Assembly: GCA_038207085.1 (NCBI GenBank)
Contig: JBBRAE010000006.1
Coordinates: forward strand, 65,818-129,817
Direction of reading: 5' to 3'
Length of the DNA: 64,000 nt
From: Armatimonadota bacterium
GTDB taxonomy: Bacteria; Armatimonadota; UBA5829; DTLH01
The translations under genes were made by a program, and so were the position numbers. The notes below the pieces were generated by a model. The model saw only the letters and a list, made by a program, of their open reading frames with translations. It was not told where the DNA came from and ran no database searches. Each line of letters opens with the position of its first letter. The stretch's first letter is position 1. This document shows positions 48,403 through 57,951 of the stretch, one piece after another.

Positions 48403-48416
48403 AGGACCATTGAGCC

Positions 48417-49178
48417 ATGAATGACCTCTGGCAAAAACTGAAAACAGGCGACGAAAACGCCCGTGAGGAGCTTATTCTCAAATATGCTCACCTGACGCGC
48501 TACGTCGTCGATCGTATGAACATCAAGACGACACCCGTTTTCGGCTACGATGATCTGCTAAGCCATGCGATTATGGGCTTGATAGACGCGGTAGAGAAGT
48601 TCGACTGCACAAAAGATGTGAAGTTCGAGACCTACGCAAGTGTGCGGATCAGGGGCTCGGTGCTTGATGCCCTGAAGTCGCTGGACTGGATGCCCCGCTC
48701 GCTTCGTGCGACCGAAACCGAGCTTAGACGCGCCTTTGCCCGCCTTGAGGCGGAGCTCGGTCGCCCTGCGACTGATGATGAGGTCGCCCGCTCGATGGGG
48801 ATCAGCATCGATGAGTTGAACAATACTCTCGCAAGCTGCGCGCATTCTGCTGTGCAGTCGCTTGAGGAGATGATGTACTACGGTGAAGAAGGCCCCGAGC
48901 TTGCCGCAACCGGCGACAAGGCAAGGCCCGATGAGGATCCGCTCTCCGCGACTGAGCTTAGTGAGCGTCGGAGGATGTTGGCCTCGGCGATAGATGTGCT
49001 TCCCGAGCGCGAAAAGCTTGTCGTGAGCCTTTACTACAAGGATGGGCTGACACTGAGAGAAATCGCGGCAGTGCTTGGAGTCACCGAATCCAGAGCCTGC
49101 CAGCTTCATTCCAAGGCCGTAGTCCGGATGCAGGGGAAGCTCGCAAGGCACGCGGACCTGTTTGTGATGGCCGCGTAG
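48417..49178 (+). CDS. fliA: flagellar sigma factor FliA (sigma-28/SigD)
   Basis: Sigma-70 regions are present: region 2 (LILKYAHLTRYVV), region 3, and region 4 (LTLREIAAVLGVTESRACQLHSKAV). Length is 253 aa. It is the last gene of the flagellar super-operon. Confidence 0.9.
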   Translation: MNDLWQKLKTGDENAREELILKYAHLTRYVVDRMNIKTTPVFGYDDLLSHAIMGLIDAVEKFDCTKDVKFETYASVRIRGSVLDALKSLDWMPRSLRATETELRRAFARLEAELGRPATDDEVARSMGISIDELNNTLASCAHSAVQSLEEMMYYGEEGPELAATGDKARPDEDPLSATELSERRRMLASAIDVLPEREKLVVSLYYKDGLTLREIAAVLGVTESRACQLHSKAVVRMQGKLARHADLFVMAA

Positions 49179-49200
49179 ATATCCCTGGGAGGGCTGTGCT

Positions 49201-49503
49201 ATGGACGTTCGCTGGCTTGATACGTCCGCACTTGAAGTGAAGCGAATCGAGATGGAAAGGGTCCGTGCCGTCCAAAGCAAAGACGAAAGCGGGACAGACC
49301 ATCGCGTCGGCGCGCGTAAGGCCGACAAAGACGGCAAAAAGAACAACCCACACAAAGAAGAACCCGACGAACCCGACGATGAGACCCCGGTTGCAGAGCA
49401 ACACGCCGAAGAAACCCCACTTTATGAGTCACATGGTATAAGTACGGGGTCGGAATCAACCGACAATCATGGAGAAGGCCACCTGTTTGATGCGTTGGCC
49501 TGA
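49201..49503 (+). CDS. hypothetical acidic, low-complexity protein
   Basis: A GGGAGGG Shine-Dalgarno precedes the ATG. The 100-aa product is highly charged and disordered, with no recognisable FlgM features. Confidence 0.4.
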   Translation: MDVRWLDTSALEVKRIEMERVRAVQSKDESGTDHRVGARKADKDGKKNNPHKEEPDEPDDETPVAEQHAEETPLYESHGISTGSESTDNHGEGHLFDALA

Positions 49504-49986
49504 TTGGTTGGAGGAACGATGGGTAGCGGTTGGTTTGTCTTTGGAGTAGTAGCGTGTGTGGTGGTGTGCAGCGGGTTTGTGATCGCTGTTACGATTATGC
49601 GCGCGGCCTGGGCACAGCGCGAGCGCGACGCCCTGAGCTCAAACGACCTTCGCGCGCTTGAAGAGTCGGCGGTGCTTCTGATTGACCAGCTAAAAAGCGA
49701 GGCCGACGCCGCCATCACCGAGATCGACAAACGCCGGAAAGCCCTCTCCAAGCTGATCAAAGAAGCCGACGTGAAGCTCGCCGAGCTTAAAGACGCCGAA
49801 GCCAAAGTCGCAAGCGCGCCCGCGCAGGTGACAGAAGACGAGTCCTCAGTAGAATCAAGCCCCGCGGTAAGAATACTCGAGTTCGCCGGAGCCGGGATGG
49901 ACGCAGCCGACATCGCCAAGGTGACGGGAATAGACTGCGCCGAAGTGAACCTTGTGCTTAGCCTCCATAAGAAACTTGCGGCCTGA
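49504..49986 (+). CDS. hypothetical membrane-anchored coiled-coil protein with a C-terminal HTH-like segment
   Basis: N-terminal TM (WFVFGVVACVVVCSGFVIAVTI), a central coiled coil and a C-terminal DIAKVTGIDCAEVNLVLSL. It sits where swrB lies downstream of sigD in Bacillus. Confidence 0.45.
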   Translation: MVGGTMGSGWFVFGVVACVVVCSGFVIAVTIMRAAWAQRERDALSSNDLRALEESAVLLIDQLKSEADAAITEIDKRRKALSKLIKEADVKLAELKDAEAKVASAPAQVTEDESSVESSPAVRILEFAGAGMDAADIAKVTGIDCAEVNLVLSLHKKLAA

Positions 49987-50253
49987 GTTACTACTGTTGC
50001 TAATAAATCTCTTCCATTACAGTTGACAGCCGACCAATTTCCAGCAATAATACTGGTAGATGCCTGTGCAGTATGTGGACATCGATTCCGCCTTGTTGCG
50101 GAGAGAGGGGCGCTTCTATGCGCTGGTTGGTCCATTGTTTCTGTAACTCCGCTTGGGTGGCATGCGCTACCAACACAGTCTTGTACCCCCCCGTCAAACT
50201 CGTCCTCCCTGAGTCAGCAGTAAATAGCAAATCAGCGATTTGACTCAGTTCTT

Positions 50254-52098
50254 ATGATGTGGAAACACACGAGGAGGAACCAATTGAAGAAACGGATTGT
50301 TGCGTCTATTCTTTTCGGGGCGGCACTGCTTGGAGCGTCATGCTCAAGCTGTCTTGCCTTCACGATGGACGATCTCGCGCAAGCGAAGCTGCTGATAGGC
50401 AAGACCGAGACATACGACGAGGGGATGGCCTTAGTCTCGGGGATATTTTGGGATGACGTTTTTGTTGCTGAACATCCGGCTGAGGTGGCTTGGGTCTACA
50501 CCATGCAGGCTCGGCAGTTGCGCAACAAAAAGCAGATCACGAATGCTGCAGTCAAGATGAAGAAGGCGCTCGCTGTCGCGCCGAAGGGCTCGGGCATCGC
50601 CGGGCTGGTTATGAGTGAGCTTGCGAGTCTGCAAATGGAATTACCTGATAAAGCGGCGGCCGCAGTACTCTACCAGCGGCTTATCACCGAATATCCCAAA
50701 GGCGATGTCGCTGGTTGGAAGCTTGCTATGAGTAAGAGCTACTACTACACGAGGCGCTATGACGCATCCATTGTCATATGCGCCGAAGTGATCAGAGATT
50801 GTCCCGCAAATGGTAGGGTAAGCGAAGCCATGACAAGGACTGCGGCTTGCTATCACAAACAGGGCAAGTATCAGATGGAGGCAGCGACGCTTCGCCAGAT
50901 TATCTCGCAGTTTCCAGACACTCGCGCAGCAAATAATGCGGCGGTCGTAGTTGACGCTCTAAGTGTACTGCACCTTGGCTCGGCGGACCGAAACTCGATT
51001 GTCCAAGATCACAAGGATCAGGCAGCACAGTCCCTATGCACGTATGCCAAGGGTGGTATTGAGTATTTTGCACCGACTGAAGATGAGGAAACTGCGGCGG
51101 CATATCAAGCTGGCTTGGACATGTCTCCAACGGACAATAATATACTTGCGGAGATTGAGTTTCAGTATGGCGCATGGTGCAGAAGCCGAAAGCGCCATCA
51201 GCAGGCCGTTGACCTCGGCCAGCGGCTTCTCGCAGACTGCAAAGGGCTGGACGATGAGAAGAATCTGGAGTTCAACGCCCTGATGCTGATCGGTTACGGA
51301 TATCAGTGCATGGGGCAATATGACAAGGCCATCCCAGCACTGCGGGATGTGGTGGAGCGGTTGAAGTCGGAACATCCGGGAGGGATCCACAATTTGGCTA
51401 CTTGTTACCGGCTATCCGGCAACACTGTTATGGCTGATGCATTGTTTGACAGACTGATAGCTAATGGGCCTCAGACAGGAATGGCCCAGCAAGCATTTTT
51501 GGAAAAGGCGCTTATGCGGCTCGGGAATGCCAACAAGACCGAAGAGGGCATCAGCCTGTTTAGGCAGATATTTGCGATCGAGGTGGATGATCCATCGGGC
51601 GACAAGTCTTTCGAGTTTATGACTGCCCTGCAGACGGCACGTCCGAGTGTGGCTGCGGTCGATACTCTGCTCTCCGGATCGGAAAGTATGCCTTTGGAGG
51701 ATAGAAAGAGAATGCTTGCAAGCATCGGCGGCGCGTTGCGCGTCAAGATGGGCAAGCCTAAACAGGCAAGAGACGTCTATGCGACACTTGCCTCCATTTT
51801 GGAGGGAGATGCTAAGTCAGAAGTAGTATTCCAGATGGCAGACTGTGATTATTCTGCGGGCGAATGGGCTACTGGAGTATCGGACTGTCGTGACCTCTAT
51901 CAAATGGGCCGCGAAGGAAAGTTTGCCGCGCGTTCAAAGGTGCTGGAGGCCAGTTGTCTGATACAATCGGGTGATTATGCTGGAGCAAAGAAGGCGTTTC
52001 AGGAGGTGCTCGCGGCTTTTCCTGACAGCGTAGATGCAGAGGTTGCCACACAGTATATAGCTGTGCTTTCCGCAGGCGAGCAGGGAGGTGTACGATGA
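50254..52098 (+). CDS. TPR-repeat lipoprotein/secreted protein
   Basis: Signal peptide with a lipobox-like ASCSSC, then multiple TPR-like helical repeats. GC content is lower than in neighbouring genes. Confidence 0.55.
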   Translation: MMWKHTRRNQLKKRIVASILFGAALLGASCSSCLAFTMDDLAQAKLLIGKTETYDEGMALVSGIFWDDVFVAEHPAEVAWVYTMQARQLRNKKQITNAAVKMKKALAVAPKGSGIAGLVMSELASLQMELPDKAAAAVLYQRLITEYPKGDVAGWKLAMSKSYYYTRRYDASIVICAEVIRDCPANGRVSEAMTRTAACYHKQGKYQMEAATLRQIISQFPDTRAANNAAVVVDALSVLHLGSADRNSIVQDHKDQAAQSLCTYAKGGIEYFAPTEDEETAAAYQAGLDMSPTDNNILAEIEFQYGAWCRSRKRHQQAVDLGQRLLADCKGLDDEKNLEFNALMLIGYGYQCMGQYDKAIPALRDVVERLKSEHPGGIHNLATCYRLSGNTVMADALFDRLIANGPQTGMAQQAFLEKALMRLGNANKTEEGISLFRQIFAIEVDDPSGDKSFEFMTALQTARPSVAAVDTLLSGSESMPLEDRKRMLASIGGALRVKMGKPKQARDVYATLASILEGDAKSEVVFQMADCDYSAGEWATGVSDCRDLYQMGREGKFAARSKVLEASCLIQSGDYAGAKKAFQEVLAAFPDSVDAEVATQYIAVLSAGEQGGVR

Positions 52099-53434
52099 TG
52101 AACTGCAATATCAGGCGTATCTTGGTCGTTTGTGTGGCTGTTCTGGCGTCCTGTGGGCACGTTTGGGGGTGTTTTATGAGGGCTACAACTATACGTCTTG
52201 GCCGCCAATCGTGGTGGTGGTCAATCCGCCATCGGCTGGTCAGCTTGCAGGGGCTGGCGAGAGTGTCGCTTGTGCTGCAACTGCTACGGATTCTGACTAT
52301 TATACCTATCAGTGGGGGTATGGCTATGCTGCCGACGCTATCGATCCCAACTCGTATAGCTGGAGCAAGTCAGGCGGAACTATAGGACCTGATCCACAGG
52401 ATCCGAGCAACAAGGCTAAGGCACGCTGGGTTACCCCCACAAATGGAGGGAGTGCCACAGTGTCCTGTTACGCCGATGATGTCTACAGCCAGTGCCCGTT
52501 GCCCTGGCCTGATCAGGGCTGTAGGGATGACCCAAGGAATTACGGTTCACAATCTATAAGTGTTGTTGTTGTGGACATCAAGCAGGATAGCTTTGTGATC
52601 ACTGATCAGATGAAGAACACCGTCGTTGGCAAACAAGTAAGTCTGACAGGTGAGGTCACTGGTGGTACGCCAACATACCATACTTGGAGCATTCCAAGCT
52701 ATTGCGTTAAGAATTACGTACATACATTAACCACTGGTGCTCCAGTAAGTCTTGATCCGACCGACTTACATTCATCTGGAGTAAGCTACTACTGGGTGGA
52801 TGGCGGTAATAAGCCTGTTACTTATTCGGCAACAGTGGGAGGACGGGTCTTCACTGCAAGCACGAATTTTAGCGTGGCACGCCCTACTGCTGAGGTGAAG
52901 ACTAAGACAGGTACTGTTGGACTCTACAACCTCACTGGTGGATTGATGTTAAGTTACGGCAATCCTACCACACGCGGCATCGAGTTTACACGGACGTGGA
53001 GTGAACCGGCTGGCTATACTGAAGGCTGCGTGAAATGGGTGCAAGTGATTAACTCCACTCTGATCCGGAGACAGGCTAACGGTGGCAACTGGGGTAGTAT
53101 TCAGGGAGCGGGGTTATTAGATACCCAGTATCCTTATGAAGCAGGGGACAGCACTGAGGATTCGCCGTATTGCGGAGCGCTCACCAACAGCCATTCCAAA
53201 TATGAGCGGTCGGACAGTTTCTCTATGTATCTGATGTATGCGCCGTCTGGTGGCATTGACGTTCCGTTGATCAAGGTGGACTGGTCGTGGTCTGGAAATG
53301 CCACTAGGACTGGATCCCAGTGGACTTTGGATTCCTCGAGCAATATTCCATCGAACAGTACTCCAACGGTTAGCGGTTCAGACTGTACGTCTTTCCCATT
53401 GTGGTCTGGCAATACGTCAGGGCTGCAATGGTGA
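52095..53434 (+). CDS. secreted beta-rich lipoprotein, apparently frameshifted near 52175-52179
   Basis: Lipoprotein signal peptide MMNCNIRRILVVCVAVLASCG is in one frame (ORF 52095..52385). The body of the protein (FYEGYNYTSWPP... to 53434) is in the frame of ORF 52088..53434. The frames switch at a GGGGG run. GC content is about 45%. Confidence 0.5.
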
Positions 53435-53511
53435 TTAGTATCAGGAGGATTGTGTTGGATATTGTGGTAGTTGATTATTGCGTTGTGTATATGAATCGAG
53501 GTGTGTAACTG

Positions 53512-54372
53512 ATGTTTGCAAGAGCCAATCCTGAATTTGTCTTTCTCGTTCTATCAGTTGTCTTTGCCGGACTTTGCTGCGTGTGCGATACCTCGCATGC
53601 GGCAAACAAGGACGACGTACCACAGTTGGAGAACCGAATGGGCGTAGTGTCAGAAGGTTTTGTGCTGACCGCTGAGCTGGAATCAGCGTCTGTAGTGGTC
53701 GGGAATCCGGTGATGCTCAAATTGGTGCTGTGGAATGCTAGCAAGAAGAAGCTTGTAATCGACGATAGCAATCCTACAGCAGATTACAGCTTGCATTTCT
53801 TTGGCGCGACACCACCTGTGGTAGTTGGATCGGCAACCGATAGGATTACCTGGAGGAACGTTGATATGGACGTCGAGCCAGGCCAAAAAATAGCCGCTTC
53901 GTTTGCTATCGACAAGAAGTTCCAACTCACACCTGGCATCTACAAGTTCGTGGCAACCAGAGCTGTTCGTCGACTTGATGGCAATGGCTATGCTGATGTC
54001 GTCTCAAATTCCGTTGAGCTGACCATATTGCCTAAGAGTTCCCAGATTGCGAAACCTGCATCTGCGCCATCCGGGTCTCGGCAGGCGAGTTCACACAGTT
54101 CGCGTGGGAAACAGGCCAAAGATCCAATGATTAACATCAGGGGCATCTTGGAACGCGAGGGGTTCGTAGTGCATTGGGATAGCGAAGCTAAGATGGTTAC
54201 TGCTGCCGCAGCTCACGGGTGTGCTGCCTCCATTGTGGCGGGTAGTAGGAAGATGGTTCTTCGTGGTGAGAGTGTTCAGATGGGTAGGAGTGCACGAATT
54301 GACAAAGGAAGAATATATGTTCCAAAGTCAGACGTTTCACGTATCATAGCCTCGTGCTCATCTGAGGAATAG
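53512..54372 (+). CDS. secreted protein with a C-terminal copper-amine-oxidase N-terminal-like (stalk) domain
   Basis: Signal peptide FVFLVLSVVFAGLCCVC. The C-terminal segment INIRGILEREGFVVHWDSEAKMVTAAA...RIYVPKSDVSRIIA resembles the Cu_amine_oxidN1 repeat common in Firmicute secreted proteins. Confidence 0.5.
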   Translation: MFARANPEFVFLVLSVVFAGLCCVCDTSHAANKDDVPQLENRMGVVSEGFVLTAELESASVVVGNPVMLKLVLWNASKKKLVIDDSNPTADYSLHFFGATPPVVVGSATDRITWRNVDMDVEPGQKIAASFAIDKKFQLTPGIYKFVATRAVRRLDGNGYADVVSNSVELTILPKSSQIAKPASAPSGSRQASSHSSRGKQAKDPMINIRGILEREGFVVHWDSEAKMVTAAAAHGCAASIVAGSRKMVLRGESVQMGRSARIDKGRIYVPKSDVSRIIASCSSEE

Positions 54373-54380
54373 CGCGGTTA

Positions 54381-54417
54381 GGATGCTTCGGGCTGGTCCT
54401 TCTGTCCCGAAGCATCC
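54381..54417. terminator. bidirectional terminator hairpin between convergent genes
   Basis: ggatgcttcggg-ctggtccttctgt-cccgaagcatcc forms a 12-bp perfect stem. It lies 9 nt after the + gene stop and directly after the paaK stop on the - strand. Confidence 0.6.
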
Positions 54418-54421
54418 CACA

Positions 54422-55696
54422 TCAACGGCCATTCTCATACACCACCCGCACAGCTTTCCCTTCCTGTCTCGGAAGAGTGCCGGGTTTGAAGATATCTCCT
54501 TTGGGGCTGAAGCCGAGTCGCTCTTTCAGGTGTTTCTCGACTATGAACCCCGTTACGCCTGCCTCTGCCTCAACGTTGATTCGCACGTCGCGGACGCCGT
54601 CGATCTCCTCGATGATGATCTGGTAGTGGCTGAGCACTCCGGGGATCTCCATCAGGGCCTGCTCCACTTGCCTCGGGAAGAAGTTCACGCCCTTGACAAT
54701 TAGCATGTCGTCGATGCGGCCGGTGATTCGGTCGATTCTAAGGCTTGTTCGTCCGCACTCGCACTTCTTTCGGGTGAGGACGCGGGTGAGGTCGCCTGTC
54801 CTAAATCGAATAATCGGGATCGCCTTGCGGTTGAGCGAGGTGAAGACGATCTCACCGACCTCGCCGTCCTCGACGGGTTTGCCGGTTGCGGGGTCGATCA
54901 CCTCGACGATGTACTGGTCCTCCCACACGTGGATTCCGCAGTGGAAGGGGCAGTCCATACCCGTTGTGCCGACGCCGCCGGTCTCGGTCATCCCGTAGAT
55001 ATCGAACGCCTCGATGCCAAGGCCGTTTTGGATCTTCTCTCGCATGCTGTCGGAGAACGTTTCAGCGCCGAAGATGCCGACTTTCAGGCTCGGTACCTCT
55101 CTGCCCTGCTCGGCGAGCACTTCCATGATCCTGATGCCGTAGGAGACGACGCCCATCAGGCCCTTGACCTGGAAGTCGTTCATCAGCTTGATCTGGCGAG
55201 AGGTGTTGCCGCTTCCCGCGGGGATGATGAACATACCCGACTTGCGCGCGCCGTGGTAAAACCCGAACCCGCCGTTGAAAAGCCCGAAAGAGGGCGTAAT
55301 CTGCACCGTGTCACCCGGTGTGAGCCCCGCCATCACGTAGCAGCGCGACATACACTCGGCCCACTGGTCGAGGTCGTCGTTTGTATACGCCATGACGACG
55401 GGAGTGCCGGTCGAGCCCGAGCTCATATGCATCTCTGCAAGCTCGCCACGCTCAACGCAGAGCATCTCAAGCGGGTAGCCCAGGCGGAAGTCCTCTTTGC
55501 TGACGAACGGGATGTTCCGAATGTCCTCGGGCATCTCGATATCTGACGGCTTGACACCTGCTTTGTCCATTTTGGCGCGGTAGTAGCTGTTGCGCTCGTA
55601 GGCGTGCTTGACGGTCGACTTCAGCCTGTCAAACTGAAGCGCCGCGATCTCGTCGCGCGACATGGTCTCCGCTTTTTCGTTCCAGAATCGGGTCAT
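54422..55696 (-). CDS. paaK: phenylacetate--CoA ligase, second paralog
   Basis: 424-aa PaaK-family product with MSRDEIAALQFDRLK, SSGSTGTPV, GFGFYHGARKSGM and IPAGSGNT. About 50% identical to 19715..21013 by eye. Confidence 0.85.
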   Translation of the reverse strand: MTRFWNEKAETMSRDEIAALQFDRLKSTVKHAYERNSYYRAKMDKAGVKPSDIEMPEDIRNIPFVSKEDFRLGYPLEMLCVERGELAEMHMSSGSTGTPVVMAYTNDDLDQWAECMSRCYVMAGLTPGDTVQITPSFGLFNGGFGFYHGARKSGMFIIPAGSGNTSRQIKLMNDFQVKGLMGVVSYGIRIMEVLAEQGREVPSLKVGIFGAETFSDSMREKIQNGLGIEAFDIYGMTETGGVGTTGMDCPFHCGIHVWEDQYIVEVIDPATGKPVEDGEVGEIVFTSLNRKAIPIIRFRTGDLTRVLTRKKCECGRTSLRIDRITGRIDDMLIVKGVNFFPRQVEQALMEIPGVLSHYQIIIEEIDGVRDVRINVEAEAGVTGFIVEKHLKERLGFSPKGDIFKPGTLPRQEGKAVRVVYENGR

Positions 55697-55875
55697 CTCA
55701 ACCTCTCCTCACCAGTTCACGTCAGAATGCATGAGCTTTCCGGCTCTATTGTACGACACGGAGCGCGTCGAGGGCAAGCTGTGTTGACAAGCAAGCAATC
55801 GGAGCGTATGCCGTGTCCATAAATAGGTTAGGAGGATGTCAAGTTTGAAGAAACTGCTACTGGCGCGGCTATCCG

Positions 55876-56076
55876 TTAGTCGACTTCTATTCCTGCCGAC
55901 TTGAGAATAAATGCTTGGATGCCAGGCTTCAATGGTTTGTTACCGTGGATAGGAACAGACAAACGTTCCCGCCTGCCTTCTTTTGCGTAGATGTGATGGC
56001 TGCCGTGGATTCGTGTGAGTTGCCAACTGTTAGTTTCAAATATGCGTGCGAGATCTTTGCCCGTAAGCGGCTTCAT
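55876..56076 (-). CDS. hicA: HicA-family mRNA interferase toxin
   Basis: 66-aa product LARIFETNSWQLTRIHGSHHIYAKEGRRERLSVPIHGNKPLKPG matches the HicA (YcfA) fold motif GSHH...V(P)xH. Confidence 0.8.
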   Translation of the reverse strand: MKPLTGKDLARIFETNSWQLTRIHGSHHIYAKEGRRERLSVPIHGNKPLKPGIQAFILKSAGIEVD

Positions 56077-56276
56077 ACCGCAATTTCCATCACTCTGGTA
56101 TGCTCATTCATACGGCCGACTGTTTCCATATCTACAGTCAGGCAGCCCTCGATTGCCTCTTGAATGTTTTGCAGTAGTTCTTCCATAGTATCGCCCTGGC
56201 TTGCGCATCCAGGGATTGCGGGAACTTCAGCCCAGTATCCCTGTTCTTCTTCATGCACGATGATTTTCAGTTTCAT
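56073..56276 (-). CDS. hicB: HicB-family antitoxin (UPF0150)
   Basis: 67-aa product MKLKIIVHEEEQGYWAEVPAIPGCASQGDTMEELLQNIQEAIEGCL. Its stop overlaps the hicA start by 4 nt, and the antitoxin lies upstream of the toxin. Confidence 0.75.
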   Translation of the reverse strand: MKLKIIVHEEEQGYWAEVPAIPGCASQGDTMEELLQNIQEAIEGCLTVDMETVGRMNEHTRVMEIAV

Positions 56277-56474
56277 TGTTGTTGTCCTCGGAGGAATAGG
56301 TATCTAACCTATTATATCCCGAATCTCTTGTGTGTTTTTGGCAGCAGACTGCTCCGAATGTAGTTTCTTTATCAGCTTCCCCAGGCTCCCAATAGGTTCT
56401 CCTTCTCGAAGAATGGGAGGAGGCCACAAATCTCCTCCTCCCCAAGCTAACAGCTAACTGCTAATAGCTAAAAG

Positions 56475-57611
56475 CTACTTCGCCATCACATATTTGCCGT
56501 TGACGACTTTGACCATCACCATCGAGCTGAAGCCGAGGCCGCAGTGGTCGACTTTGGTCATGTTGTAAACGCCGCTTACGCCGACGTAACCCTTGGTGCC
56601 TTCGATCGCATTGCGGAGCTTGGCCGGGTCGGTGCCGGCTTTCTTGATGCCGAGCGCGACGATCTGCACCGCGTCCCAGGCATACCCCGAGTGCGTGCCG
56701 ATCTCACCGAGCTTGCGGGCCTTGAACTCCTTGATGAAAGACAGCACGACCGGCTTCTGCGGGTCGCTCTTCGGGAGCTGGTTCGCGGCCATCAGCTTGG
56801 TCGCGGGCATCATCGTGCCGTTTGCAGCGGCTCCGGCGAGCTTGAGGTAGTTCGCATCGGGCTGGCCGTGGCACTGGAATAGCGGGATGTTGATCCCCGC
56901 CTGCTTGGCGTTCTTGGCGATGATCGCGCCTGCGGGTCCGATCGTCCAAACGACAATCGCCTTCGGCTTGGCAGCGGCGACTTTCGAGAGCTGAACGGTC
57001 ATGTTCGAGTCGGTCGGCGCAAACGACTCCTGAGCGACGATCCTGATTCCGTACTTCGACGCCATCTCTTTCAGGACGTTTTCGCCCTCCTGCCCGAACT
57101 TGTCACCGGCGACGAGCAGCGCGACATCGTTCAGTTTGTGCTGTCGCAGGTAGTTGAAGAGCACCATAACGGCAGTGCTTGTCTTCTGAGGGGTCTTAAA
57201 TACCAGAGGGCGAGCTGGCTTGACGGGTGCATCGCCGCCGACTGTCGCGACGACGGGGATCTTCGCGTCCTCGATCGCGCTCATACAAGCCATCGCCGCG
57301 CCTGTGGTGGTCGGGCCGATCACGGCGACGACGTTATCGCGGTCGACAAGCCTCTTGAACTTGACGACGGCCTGCGAAGGCTCGCTTTCGGTGTCGGCGA
57401 TAATGAGCTGGATCTTACGTCCGTTGATCCCGCCCTTCTTGTTGATCTGGTCGACAGCCATCTGCGCCACATCTCTGCTGGCGACGCCGATGTTCTGCGC
57501 CTTGCCGGTAAGGTCAAAGAGCCCACCGATCCTGATCGGCTCTGCGGCCATCGCGGCTGTCGATATCGCAAAGACAACGACCAGTGCGAGGGCGAAAAAC
57601 TTGAAATTCAT
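56475..57611 (-). CDS. branched-chain amino acid ABC transporter substrate-binding protein (LivJ/LivK-like)
   Basis: Signal peptide MNFKFFALALVVVFAISTAAMA followed by the type-I periplasmic binding fold of the Leu/Ile/Val-binding family. The ORF track starts 21 nt further upstream, at 57632. Confidence 0.8.
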   Translation of the reverse strand: MNFKFFALALVVVFAISTAAMAAEPIRIGGLFDLTGKAQNIGVASRDVAQMAVDQINKKGGINGRKIQLIIADTESEPSQAVVKFKRLVDRDNVVAVIGPTTTGAAMACMSAIEDAKIPVVATVGGDAPVKPARPLVFKTPQKTSTAVMVLFNYLRQHKLNDVALLVAGDKFGQEGENVLKEMASKYGIRIVAQESFAPTDSNMTVQLSKVAAAKPKAIVVWTIGPAGAIIAKNAKQAGINIPLFQCHGQPDANYLKLAGAAANGTMMPATKLMAANQLPKSDPQKPVVLSFIKEFKARKLGEIGTHSGYAWDAVQIVALGIKKAGTDPAKLRNAIEGTKGYVGVSGVYNMTKVDHCGLGFSSMVMVKVVNGKYVMAK

Positions 57612-57754
57612 AACGGTCTCCTCTCCAATCATGGGCAGACCATTGGTCCACCCCTACAGGGTTAAGATATACTTAAGCAAAAGCGCGTGGATACCTTCAT
57701 TTTGCGCCTGTGAATTAGCTATCGGAGTCTATAGTACGTCGATAGATTCGTCTA

Positions 57755-57907
57755 GCGCACCCTTCGAGAGCCTCAGGGTGAGGGGTTTGGGTTGGGTGAA
57801 ATGTGAGAGATCGTACCTATGCTCTGAGTCTACAGACCCACCATCGCTAAACTATAGACAAATCCAAAACCAATCACGTTGAGGCTCTCGAAGGGTGCGC
57901 TCCACCC
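57755..57907. repeat. MITE-like palindromic element, copy 1, with 30-bp terminal inverted repeats
   Basis: gcgcacccttcgagagcctcagggtga....tcacgttgaggctctcgaagggtgcgc. It is related to the reverse complement of 61388..61611. Confidence 0.65.
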
Positions 57908-57951
57908 AAAGAATCGCCAAAGGCCAATCCCTCGAAGCTAATCCCAAACCT

